From an uncultured Gemmatimonadales bacterium (GTDB lineage: Bacteria > Gemmatimonadota > Gemmatimonadetes > Gemmatimonadales > GWC2-71-9): DNA of 64,000 bases. The notes under the pieces were generated by a model. The model made no database searches. It saw only the letters and a list, made by a program, of their open reading frames with translations, and was not told where the DNA came from. How positions within the stretch are numbered: position 1 is the stretch's first letter; each line of letters begins with the position of its first letter. Below are positions 1 through 9,459 of the stretch, one piece after another. The stretch spans positions 64,001-128,000 of the forward strand of contig CAWJIM010000003.1 of assembly GCA_963842945.1 (NCBI GenBank), in the 5' to 3' direction. The position numbers were made by a program, and so were the translations under genes.

Positions 1-1071
1 TGGTACCAGAAATCCCAAGGCGTGGGAACTGGTCCAGCAGGCCGGCAAACTGAGCAAGGATCTGACGACACTCCTGATGTCAGGAGAGACCGCTACAGCG
101 GCGCGGCAACTGGAAGCGGCCGACTCACTGCTGGCCCAAGCCTGGCCGCCGATCCCAAAGGGTGGCGCCGATCGTCATGCGGCCGGGCCGGCCTATCAAC
201 ACCGCGCCCTGGCGCCCCCTTGACAAGACCTATGTTAAGGCCTGGCTTGAAAAGGCGCTGAACTATGGCGCGCAGGCTCTGGCACTCAAGCCGAACGACG
301 CGGATGCGCTGGACCTCCGTGGGACTACCCGATATACCCAGTGGTTTCTGAACCTGGCCCCAGGTACTACCGCGGCTGCTAAGCTGGTCGCGGATGCCGA
401 GCAGGATCTGCGTGCGTCGGTAGCATCGAATCCGAGCCAGGCGCACAGTTGGGCCGTGCTCAGCCACATGCTGATGCAAAAGTCGAACCCGCGGAGGGGA
501 AGCTCGCAGCGCTTCGGGCCTACGGGCAGACCCGTACCTGACCGAGGCACCGGCGATCTTGTATCGCCTGTTCACCAGTTCGCTGGATCTCCAGACGGAG
601 TCGAGGCCAATCACTGGTGCGAGGAGGGTCAGCAGCGCTTTCCGACGGACCCGGTTCTCGAGTGTCAGCTTCTCGTTCTGCGCTGCCGGGACAGAAGCCG
701 GATATCGAGAAGGCTTGGCGGATCGTGGACAAGGATGCAGACTGTATTCGCCCACTGAACGCGACTTTCGCCGACGTGAAGCTCAGCTGTTTGTCGCGAT
801 GGCATTGGTAAGGGCGGGCCTGCCAGATAGTGCTCGAGCCGTCGCGTTGCGCGCACGGCAGACGCAACGGTTGATCCCGGTCAGAGCTGCTTTACTTCGA
901 GGCCATGCTCCGCAACATGCTCGGCGATAAAGATGAGGCATTGCGCTTGGTTGGCGTGTATCTCGCCGCGAACCCTCAAGACCGGGCTTCCATGGCCAAA
1001 GACCAAACCTGGTGGTCGGAAGGTTTGCGGACGATCCTCGCTTCAAAGCGCTGGTCGGCAGCGCCAGCTAA
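1..1071 (+). CDS. C-terminal TPR-rich region of a large protein (probably a Ser/Thr kinase-TPR type), 5' truncated and frameshifted
   Basis: TPR-like helices across ORFs 162-758, 559-930 and 905-1111 (QALALKPNDADALDLRG, ASNPSQAHSWAVLSHML). Reconstructed end WWSEGLR-DPRFKALVGSAS* with TAA at 1069-1071. Confidence 0.55.
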
Positions 1072-1284
1072 ATCGAGGTCGAAGATATCGGCCGCGGTGG
1101 CAATTCCGTGACCCATTAGTCGGGGTTTTAGCGGTTTTCACGCTGGGTTCACGGTAAAGTCCTAGAGTTCCGATCGCTTAAGAGTGAACAGCTGATTTGC
1201 GCCTGACGCGCTGTAGGTAGGCTAGGCTTGGCTTGACCTGCTACTTTCCGGGAATCCCGGACCCCCTTAGGACTGGAGAATGAA

Positions 1285-2647
1285 ATGGGTTGGCCCCTGA
1301 GGTATTTGGCGATCGGTGCTGTTGGATTCTTCGTGATCGGCTGTAGCGAGAAAGCTGAGGGTCCTCCCACGGGGCCAAATTTCCATACCGGCATCAGCAT
1401 AACATCGGGCTGCGACGTTGGACACATCAGTCAACTGGCTAACTCTTTCTTCGCACAGCCGCGGCAAGGGGTCGTTAAGAACCTGGTCGATTTATTGGGC
1501 GGCCAGGCCTGATAGTTCGGCCGCCAAGAATACGGGCTTCAACATCATGGCCCAGATCGAGGGAGCTGTGAACGATGCCACGTCTGGCGATCCGGCAGTG
1601 GGATCGAATCTGATGAACCGTCTGCTGCTCTGCATGTACAACCCGGCCCCAGACAAAGAACTGTCGAGCTATCCTGAGTCGTTCCCGGGAGGCTCACCGT
1701 CTCACTTACACCAACGACGGCGGCCCACGGCGCATTCGGACAAAGATCCGGTGGGTCAGTATCTCCGGTCTTCGCGCCCTGTGTCGGCCCCATATACGGC
1801 AATCGCCCCGCCGGCTAACTCGACCTGGCAGAGCATCTCCCAGCTAGTGTACTTCCCCGAAACGACCCTCAACGCGTGGTCTTCTACGGGAGTCCGGCGA
1901 CACCGGCAGACGGCCAGACCTATGACTGGAGAAGCATTCCCACAACGCCAACTTTAATCCGAACATCATCATAGGATTTTGTGTGGACCCGGGGACGCAC
2001 CCAACGAGTATGGTCCTCGAGAAAGACGTAGGGGTTCTGGCGTTTGCGGAGGCGTATTTCTTGACGCCAGGGACCTGCACTGCCGACCTCGCGGCGCTGG
2101 ACGCCAGGAACCCATTCAACTGGCTCATCGCCTGCTTCGTTTCGGAACGGGCCTTCTCGCTCCGCGCCCGCTCATGGCCGCGGTACTGCTGACCGGATCG
2201 GGAGGCACAAAGAGTAAGTGCTGCAGCAAGGTTGGGCCACAGGATGTGCCGAGTGCACCACTGAAGTTCGTGCCCGACCCGCCGTTCGCCAATGTGCAGG
2301 CGGGTAAGTACTTCGCCGTGCAAGTCCAGGCAACAGCCGGAGCCGGAGGAGTGGGAGTCAACGGCGACTGCATCACTCTCAGTGCCGTGAACAATAACGG
2401 GACAAATACAGCCATTATTGGAGCGCACAATTGCAATACGGACCCAACGGCCGGCCCATCTTCGAGAACGACGACCGTGAACAACATCGCCGGGATCGCG
2501 CAATTCTGCGTACAAAATCCAAAGACCGGCACTATCATCCTGGTGGCTACTGGCAACATCGACAATCGACCTGACCAGCTGAGCACCGCCAAGTCGAAGA
2601 AGCTGAACGTGAAGCCCTCGGTGAATGTTGCGAGTTGCACTCCATAG
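1285..2647 (+). CDS. Cys-rich secreted lipoprotein of unknown function, frameshifted
   Basis: Lipobox-like signal MGWPLRYLAIGAVGFFVIGC. Coding continues through ORFs 1418-1957, 1983-2192 and 1979-2647 with a beta-rich C-terminus. Confidence 0.55.
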
Positions 2648-2663
2648 GGATCGGTGAATTTGT

Positions 2664-2700
2664 GAAAAAGGGCGGCTCTTCCTGGAGCCGCCCTTTTTTA
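2664..2700. terminator. Bidirectional intrinsic terminator
   Basis: AAAAAGGGCGGCTC-ttcctg-GAGCCGCCCTTTTTT between convergent genes. Confidence 0.85.
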
Positions 2701-2766
2701 TTACGGCTGTACGGCGAATGGGAGGAGCGGTAACCACTCAAGGGAACCGCCAGAGCATCGCCGGTG

Positions 2767-3735
2767 TCAGGGAGAGCTGGATGTGCCCATGAGCTCGAGC
2801 AGGATGGCCCGCTCGGCATGAAGTCGGTTCTCCGCCTGCTCGACCACCACCGCATTGGCGCTCTCCAGAACCTTGTCGTCGATCTCCACATCCCTCAAAT
2901 AGGGGAAGGCGTGCATCACGATCCCCTTGCCACCCCGGGTGGAGCGGAGCCGCGACGGGGTGAGCCGCCAATCTCGCAGGCCTGAGCGCGTCTCCTGCTC
3001 CTGCTCCGTTTTTCCGAACAGCTTGACCGATCCCCATGACGCCACGTAGACCGCGTCGGCGCCGACCAGCGCGTCGTCCGGATCATCGCTGATATGAACG
3101 AACTCGCCGCCCTTTTCCTGTGCTGTCTTGCGGATCAGGGCGGTGTCTTCGGGATCGAGCTCGTAACCCTCCGGTCTCGCGATCACGATCTCCATGCCGA
3201 GACCGGCTGCCGCCAGTGCTGCACTTGCCGGCACGGCCGTAGGCAGCGCTCGAGGGTGCCAAGCCCAGGTGAGCACGAACCGTTTTCCCTCCACCCGGCC
3301 AAGCCGCTCCTGCAGGGTCAGGCTGTCGCCCAGCGCCTGACAGGGATCTCTGCGGGCGGAACCGACGTTGATCACCGGCTTGGGACAATGGCGGGCGAAG
3401 CTATTGAGCAGAGAGTCTTCCCGAGCCGCAGCCCAGCTTCCGCTGGTTTCGAAGGCACGCACGGCAACAGCGTCGGTCATCCGTCCCAGCACCCGGGCGG
3501 TGTCGACGATCTGCTGCTCGGCCTCAGCCTCCACGGCCTGCCCGCCGTGAAGCGACATCGCCGTTTCCAGACTGAGCCTGATGTGGGAGTCAGGCTGGAG
3601 GAGGACCAATCCCAGGATCCTACGCTCCAGGCCACCGGAGAGCTCGCCCTGTTTGATTCGTCGGGCGAGTTTCAGCACCGTCTCAACGTCAGCGGGAGAC
3701 CAATCCTCCAGGGCCAGGAGATCACGCTTGGTCAC
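2767..3735 (-). CDS. N-acetylornithine carbamoyltransferase-like protein with degenerate active site
   Basis: AOTCase signatures VLTWAWHPRALPTAV, SWG, AENRLH and ARVLGR..AVRAF are present, but SxRT, HPCQ and HCLP are altered. Confidence 0.8.
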   Translation of the reverse strand: MTKRDLLALEDWSPADVETVLKLARRIKQGELSGGLERRILGLVLLQPDSHIRLSLETAMSLHGGQAVEAEAEQQIVDTARVLGRMTDAVAVRAFETSGSWAAAREDSLLNSFARHCPKPVINVGSARRDPCQALGDSLTLQERLGRVEGKRFVLTWAWHPRALPTAVPASAALAAAGLGMEIVIARPEGYELDPEDTALIRKTAQEKGGEFVHISDDPDDALVGADAVYVASWGSVKLFGKTEQEQETRSGLRDWRLTPSRLRSTRGGKGIVMHAFPYLRDVEIDDKVLESANAVVVEQAENRLHAERAILLELMGTSSSP

Positions 3736-3884
3736 GGAACCTTCGGAGAGCTATTGGGAGCGAACGCGGCCGGCCGGGCCGGCGGAGTGAACCAGGGGAG
3801 CGGCCGCCAGAAGAGTGAGGGCCGGGACGCGCGAGCGTCGTCCGCCCGGGGCCAGAGTCCTCACTGCTCCAGGACGAGATGCAA

Positions 3885-4319
3885 TCAGGTTTGCGACTGG
3901 TTGCCCGCTGCGGTCGTTTCGACGATAGCGGGGCCTCCATTGCTGGTGTCAAGGTCGTGGATGTACAACGCGGCACCAAAGCCGGTGCCGGTCTCACGTA
4001 CTACCCCTCGCGCCAGGTTCAACGCCTCGCCCAGGCTAGGCGAGAAGGCAAACTCGAGCGCGGATGGCGCCCGTTGGCCGTCTCTCGTCTCCGGGAGGTA
4101 GGCGGTAAGAAAGCGATCGACGATGACAGGATGAACTTCTCGGTTTGCTGGGTGGGGAAGGCCGTGGCGACGTTCGATCTCGAACAGGAGGCGCTCCGCC
4201 ACGAAAAGGCGCTCCTGTTCAATCGCTGCAGGAAGCATCACATAGTTCCTCACGGGAGTTACCGGCGACCTTGGCGTATGGCCGGCAAGTGGTGGGATCG
4301 GGCGACGCCAGACGCCCAT
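3885..4319 (-). CDS. Hypothetical protein
   Basis: GGAGG upstream of ATG 4319; directly downstream of the esterase gene on the same strand. Confidence 0.5.
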   Translation of the reverse strand: MGVWRRPIPPLAGHTPRSPVTPVRNYVMLPAAIEQERLFVAERLLFEIERRHGLPHPANREVHPVIVDRFLTAYLPETRDGQRAPSALEFAFSPSLGEALNLARGVVRETGTGFGAALYIHDLDTSNGGPAIVETTAAGNQSQT

Positions 4320-4333
4320 CGGACCTCCATAGC

Positions 4334-4969
4334 TTAACTCGCCATGGTGACCGCCGCCATCCATCGCTCGCCTACCTCGAGGTCCTCCCGGGTCAGGCTG
4401 TGGCCGCCGACGGTCCAGTGCAGGGTAACCTCAGCCCCGGCCTGCGTCAGCAGGTCGGCGAGCGCCTGGCTTTGATCCGGCCGCACGATAGGGTCGAGGC
4501 GCCCGGCAGCTATGAGAACCCGCGTCTGTGATAGTTGCGGCAGCGGCTCGGGCACTAAGGGCACCATGGAGCGGAGCAGAAACCCGCCGCTCAGAGTGCC
4601 GGGGTGAAGCAGCAGCAGGGCGGCTGCGATGTTGGCCCCGTTGGAAAAACCCACCGCAATGGGCGGAACGTCGCCCAGCTGATAGCGAGTGCGAGCCTGG
4701 CTGACGAAGCGGGACAACTGCCCCGCACGAAGCTTGATGTCTTCGACGTCGAAAAGTCCCTCGGCGTAGCGCCGAAAGAACCTGGGCATCCCGTTCTCCA
4801 GAACCTGACCCCGCGGGCTCAGGAGCGGAGACCCCGGCGCCAGAGCCCGGCCCAGCGAGAGCAGGTCGTCCTCGTTTCCTCCCGTGCCGTGCAGCAGCAG
4901 CAGAGGCACGGCACCAGGGCGCTGGCCGGGCACGAACCGGTGCACGAAATCGAGCTCAGTGGTCGTCAG
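4334..4969 (-). CDS. Alpha/beta hydrolase (MhqD-like carboxylesterase)
   Basis: LLLLHGTGGNE, GFSNGA nucleophile motif, GRLDPIV, GGHSL. Confidence 0.85.
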   Translation of the reverse strand: MTTTELDFVHRFVPGQRPGAVPLLLLHGTGGNEDDLLSLGRALAPGSPLLSPRGQVLENGMPRFFRRYAEGLFDVEDIKLRAGQLSRFVSQARTRYQLGDVPPIAVGFSNGANIAAALLLLHPGTLSGGFLLRSMVPLVPEPLPQLSQTRVLIAAGRLDPIVRPDQSQALADLLTQAGAEVTLHWTVGGHSLTREDLEVGERWMAAVTMAS

Positions 4970-5917
4970 CTTCCCTGCCCCGCAACGACAGGGGACAACC
5001 GAAGCGGCCGGCAGCGCCCGCTCGATCTGCTCCCGGTACGCCTCGTATATCGGAGGCAGCTTCAGCTGAGACCCCAGCTCGGCCGGGGTTTCGTCGATAG
5101 TGAATCCGGGCCCGTCGGTGGCGATCTCGAAGAGAACCCCACCCGGCTCCTTGAAGTACACCGAGTGGAAGTACTGCCGGTCCACCACCGGAGTAATGCC
5201 GAGACCGCGGGCTTCTATCGCCGAGCGCTGCTCCAGCTGATTCGCCTCGCTGGCGGCTCGAAACGCCATGTGGTGAACCGTCCCCACCCCTCCGGCGCCG
5301 CGCCAGAAACCGGTTGCGCGTCTCAGGTTGACCACCAATCCCGATCCGCTCGCGTCGGCTTGAAAACGTAGCAGCCCCTTGTCCTCGCCATTGGGTTGGA
5401 AGCCCAACATCTCGGCCAACAGTTTTCCAGTGCCCTGGTCACCATCCTCCCAGATGGTTGCTCCGTGCAGGCCCCGGACGGCGTGCTCGGGGCTGACGGG
5501 GCCTTCGTTCCAGGGCTGCTCGCCGGTGGAGGCGTCACCCGCAACCAGCTCCAGCAGGAGACCGTCGGGATCGGTGAGACTCAGAACCTGGTCGTCGAAA
5601 CGGCGGCTGGGACCCTCGTACTGGATGCCCTGAGACAGAAGACGCTCGACCCAGAAGCCCAGCGACCCCGCTGGAATAGCCAGCGCCACGGTGGCAATCT
5701 GGCCGCTGCCCTGCCGGCCCCGGTGCGCTCCAGGCCAGGGAAAGAACGTGAGCAGAGAGCCGGGACGTCCAATCTCGTCGCCGTAGTAGAAGTGGTAGCT
5801 GCCGGGGTCGTCGAAGTTCACGGTGAGCTTTACCAGCCGGAGCCCGAGAACGCCAGCGTAGAAGTCCAGATTCCGCTGCGGGTCGCCGGCAATCGCAGTG
5901 ATGTGATGGATCGCCAC
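4966..5917 (-). CDS. Ring-cleaving dioxygenase / glyoxalase (MhqO/MhqA-like)
   Basis: IHHITAIAGDPQRNLDFY, TVNFDDP, GTVHHMAFR, DRQYFHSVYF, EIATDGPGF. One extra base near 5009 fuses it artificially to the hydrolase. Confidence 0.9.
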
Positions 5918-5930
5918 AGTAAGTCCCTCG

Positions 5931-6944
5931 CTACTTGGGTAAGGCGGGCCCGGCGCCGGCGCCGCTACGGCCGATGGCCCGGGCAATTTCGTCCAGATCT
6001 TCCAGGGCGAGCTCCAGGGTCGCGGCGCCAATCCACCCGTCCACCTGCTCTGGGGATCGGGCGCCGACGATGGCGCCGGTGACGCCGGGCCAGGCGAGAA
6101 TCCAGGCAATCGCCACAGAGCTTACCGTCGTTCCATGGCGCTCCGCTACGGGCCGAAGCGCATCACGCAGGGCAAGGTTCCGCCCCAGCCGCGGCGGCTT
6201 GAAATCGGGTGATCGCCGGCGCCAGTCATCTTCCGCCATGCTTTCGACTCGCTCCTCGGAAAACCGATCGGTGAGCAGGCCCGACTGCAGTGGACTGTAT
6301 CCTATAACTCCGGTCTTGTGGGCCGCGCACCAGGGAATCTCGGATTCTGCCACCTGCCGGCGAATGAGCGACAGAGGCGGTTGCAGCGAATCGACGTGCC
6401 GGAGGGCCTCGCAGCGCTCCAACAACGCCACATCGAAATTGGAGACTCCCGCCGCCCTGACCTTCCCCTCCTCTACCAGGCGGGTCATCGCTTCCCACGA
6501 GTCTTCAATCGAAGTCCCGGTCTGGTCGGGCCAGTGAAACTGATACAGATCGATCCGCTCCACGCCCAGGCGACGCAGTGAAGCCTCGCATTCACGCCGG
6601 ATCGATGCCGGCTCCAGAACCTGGCGCGGAGAAGCATCGGGCCTCCGCTCGTCCCACACCATGCCGCATTTCGTGAAGACGTACGGCCGGTCGTTCGAGG
6701 GAATGCCCTCGAGGGCCTGCCGCACCACTTCTTCCGAATGGCCCAGGCCGTATACGGCAGCAGTATCGATCCAGTTCACCCCCAGGTCCAACGCGTGGCG
6801 AATGCCGGCAATGGACTGGGCGTCATCCTGCGGTCCCCAGCCAAAGGCCCAACCGCCACCGCCAACCGCCCACGCGCCAAACCCCACCGGGGTCAGTCGA
6901 AGCTCGGTGCTGCCCAATCGCCGAGTCGGCAGAGTCGCTATCAT
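5931..6944 (-). CDS. Aldo/keto reductase
   Basis: GFGAWAVGG, IDTAAVYG, TKCG, IDLYQFHWPD, GVSNF, YSPLQSGLL. Confidence 0.9.
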   Translation of the reverse strand: MIATLPTRRLGSTELRLTPVGFGAWAVGGGGWAFGWGPQDDAQSIAGIRHALDLGVNWIDTAAVYGLGHSEEVVRQALEGIPSNDRPYVFTKCGMVWDERRPDASPRQVLEPASIRRECEASLRRLGVERIDLYQFHWPDQTGTSIEDSWEAMTRLVEEGKVRAAGVSNFDVALLERCEALRHVDSLQPPLSLIRRQVAESEIPWCAAHKTGVIGYSPLQSGLLTDRFSEERVESMAEDDWRRRSPDFKPPRLGRNLALRDALRPVAERHGTTVSSVAIAWILAWPGVTGAIVGARSPEQVDGWIGAATLELALEDLDEIARAIGRSGAGAGPALPK

Positions 6945-6994
6945 CAGTCCCATCCCATGCTCGGGCCGATCGTTCACCCACGGACCGTCACGCT

Positions 6995-8359
6995 ATGCCG
7001 GAAGCTACACCAAAGGAACCGAGGCCGCCGGGCACCGCATCATCAGCCGGCTACACCCCCACGCTCGGCCTGTTCTCCGCCACCATGATGGTGGTGGGCG
7101 GAATCATCGGCTCCGGAATTTTTCTGAACCCGGCCATCGTTGCCGCCCGGGTTGGGACCACCGCGCTGACCCTGCTGGCCTGGGTCATAGGCGGTGTGGT
7201 CGCCCTCATCGGTGCACTGGTTTATGCGGAGCTCGGCGCCTGGCGGCCGGTAGCCGGCGGGGGATATGTCTACCTGCGAGACGCTTATGGCCCGCTCCCC
7301 GCCTTCCTGTACGCCTGGACTCTGCTGCTGGTGATCGCCACGGGGGCGATCGCGGCGGTGGCCGTGACCTTTGCGAATTACGCGACTGCTTTGCTGGGCT
7401 GGAATGCCGAAGCGAGGATACCTCTGGCCGTCGCGGCCATCGTCCTACTGTCGGGAGTGAATTACGTAGGAGTCAGGCCTGGCGCGCTGACGCAGAACGT
7501 GCTCACCGTGCTCAAGCTCGCGGCGCTGGTACTGCTGATCGTGGCCGGTCTCACCGCAACCGGCGCCGCGGTAGGAGCCAACCCGCAGCCGGTAATACAG
7601 TCGAGGAATACCGTGCTGTTGCTGGGAGCGGCCCTGGTTCCAGTGTTGTTCGCCTTTGGAGGCTGGCAACAGACCAACTTCATCGCGGAAGAGCTGATCG
7701 AGCCGAAACGGAATCTGCCACGGGCCTTGATCGCGGGCGTAAGCATCGTGGTCGCAGTGTATCTGCTGGCGAACCTGGCTTATCTCCGAACTCTGGGCAT
7801 CGCAGGTCTGGCCCAGAGTAGCGCGCCGGCAGCCGATGCGATGACCGCCCGGTTCGGCTCGCTCGGCGGGACCCTCATCGCCGCCGGCATCGCAATCTCC
7901 AGCTTCGGCTTTCTCAACCTGGTCATTCTGGTGTCGCCCCGAGTCTACCGAGCCATGGCGAGCGACGGACTGTTCTTCCCCAGCCTGGCGCATCTCCATC
8001 CCCAATACCGCACACCAGGCGCGGCCATCCTCTTCCAGGGGGTCTGGGCCATTCTCCTGACCCTGACCGGCCGGTACGGCGACCTGCTCGATTATGTGGT
8101 CTTTGGTGACTGGATTTTCTTTGGCTCGACCGCGGCGACGCTCTTTGTTTTTCGAGCCCGGGCCCGAAACGGGATGGAGCCCAAGGAGATCCGATTCAGG
8201 ATGCCGGGCTACCCCGTAGCACCTGTGGTCTTCGTCCTCGCCGCGGCTTATGTCGTGGTCGGCTCGGTCGCCTCGAACCCGGCGAATGCGGTGCGAGGAG
8301 CTACGCTCATCGCCCTGGGGATTCCGGTATATCTGTTCTGGAAGGGAAAGGCCCGCTAG
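6995..8359 (+). CDS. APC-family amino acid permease
   Basis: GGIIGSGIF, YAELGA, GGGYVYL, FAFGGW; about 12 hydrophobic segments. Confidence 0.9.
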   Translation: MPEATPKEPRPPGTASSAGYTPTLGLFSATMMVVGGIIGSGIFLNPAIVAARVGTTALTLLAWVIGGVVALIGALVYAELGAWRPVAGGGYVYLRDAYGPLPAFLYAWTLLLVIATGAIAAVAVTFANYATALLGWNAEARIPLAVAAIVLLSGVNYVGVRPGALTQNVLTVLKLAALVLLIVAGLTATGAAVGANPQPVIQSRNTVLLLGAALVPVLFAFGGWQQTNFIAEELIEPKRNLPRALIAGVSIVVAVYLLANLAYLRTLGIAGLAQSSAPAADAMTARFGSLGGTLIAAGIAISSFGFLNLVILVSPRVYRAMASDGLFFPSLAHLHPQYRTPGAAILFQGVWAILLTLTGRYGDLLDYVVFGDWIFFGSTAATLFVFRARARNGMEPKEIRFRMPGYPVAPVVFVLAAAYVVVGSVASNPANAVRGATLIALGIPVYLFWKGKAR

Positions 8360-9377
8360 AGGCGGCGATCTCTTCGGCGGCTTCGTCGTCATCGAGGTAC
8401 TCCGCCCGGTACATCCGGATGAGCTCGAAGAAGTAGGAGATCGCCAGGGGTCCGATGATCAGCCCCAGCAGGCCGAAGTACTGGATGCCGGCAAAAGCGC
8501 CGATGATGGTGATGAACGGGTGGATCCGGGCCCAGCGCTGGAACACCATGGGCCGGATGACATTGTCGACATTCCCCACCACCAGAACGCCCCAAAGCGC
8601 AAGGGCAATAGCCCGGCCATAGCTCCCCTCCAGTGCCAGCGCGAGGACCCCAGGGCCCCATACCAGTCCGCTTCCAACCACCGGGAGAATCGCAAGCACC
8701 ACCGTGACCACCGCCCAGAACAAGGCATTGGGAATGCCGGCGGCCCAGAAGGCGAGCCCCACCAGAACCCCCTGTACCGTAGCGGTCAGCCCGGTCCCGA
8801 TCAGCGTCGATATGGTTACGTCGCGAAAGCGGTCCCGCAGGATCTCGGTGTTCCTCCGGGAGAACGGTATGAACGGCTGGACCTGCTTCCAGGCGGTGTG
8901 GGGTTCCAGCAGGAGATAGTACAGGCCGAAAAACGTGATGGTCAGCTGGATCCCCAGCCGGGTTGCGGTGCCGACCAGGCCGAGCGCGCTGGTGCCGATG
9001 AAGGACACCAGCCGTGACCCCAGGGTCTCGATCTGGGCTCCTACGTCGTACGGCCCGATCCGGAGCTCCCGAATCCGGGCCACCAGTGGACTGCGGATGA
9101 CGCCCGATGCCATGTCTTGCGCTTCGCCGGCGATGATTCCGAGGAATGAAAGCCCCGGCCCCAGCACCAGAATCACTCCGAGTAGTACCACCAGCGCCGC
9201 CGCGATCCGGGGTCTGGTCCGCAGGGCCAGCCAGCGATGTACTGGAGCGAACACCACATACAGCACTGGCGCGCCGAGTAGCCCGGTGATGAACGGCCAC
9301 AGGGTCCAGACCAGCCCCAATCCCAGGACGAAGATCAGGAGCGCAGCCCGCTCGCGCTTGCTGTCCAGAAACGCCAT
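8307..9377 (-). CDS. AI-2E family transporter
   Basis: Hydrophobic protein with LPVVGSGLVWGP, DNVIRP and FGLLGLIIGP motifs. Confidence 0.85.
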   Translation of the reverse strand: MAFLDSKRERAALLIFVLGLGLVWTLWPFITGLLGAPVLYVVFAPVHRWLALRTRPRIAAALVVLLGVILVLGPGLSFLGIIAGEAQDMASGVIRSPLVARIRELRIGPYDVGAQIETLGSRLVSFIGTSALGLVGTATRLGIQLTITFFGLYYLLLEPHTAWKQVQPFIPFSRRNTEILRDRFRDVTISTLIGTGLTATVQGVLVGLAFWAAGIPNALFWAVVTVVLAILPVVGSGLVWGPGVLALALEGSYGRAIALALWGVLVVGNVDNVIRPMVFQRWARIHPFITIIGAFAGIQYFGLLGLIIGPLAISYFFELIRMYRAEYLDDDEAAEEIAASSGPFPSRTDIPESPGR

Positions 9378-9459
9378 CGCGGAAGAGTAGGGACACGGGG
9401 TACCCTCCGCCAGCAGGGCCATAGGCGATTTTGCGGTCCTCGACCGGGCTCCGCCCGAA

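Noticed and set aside
4334..6109. Dioxygenase-esterase fusion (591 aa)
   Set aside because: Removing one base near 5009 restores a TGA at 4966 that overlaps the esterase start, so this is an indel artefact
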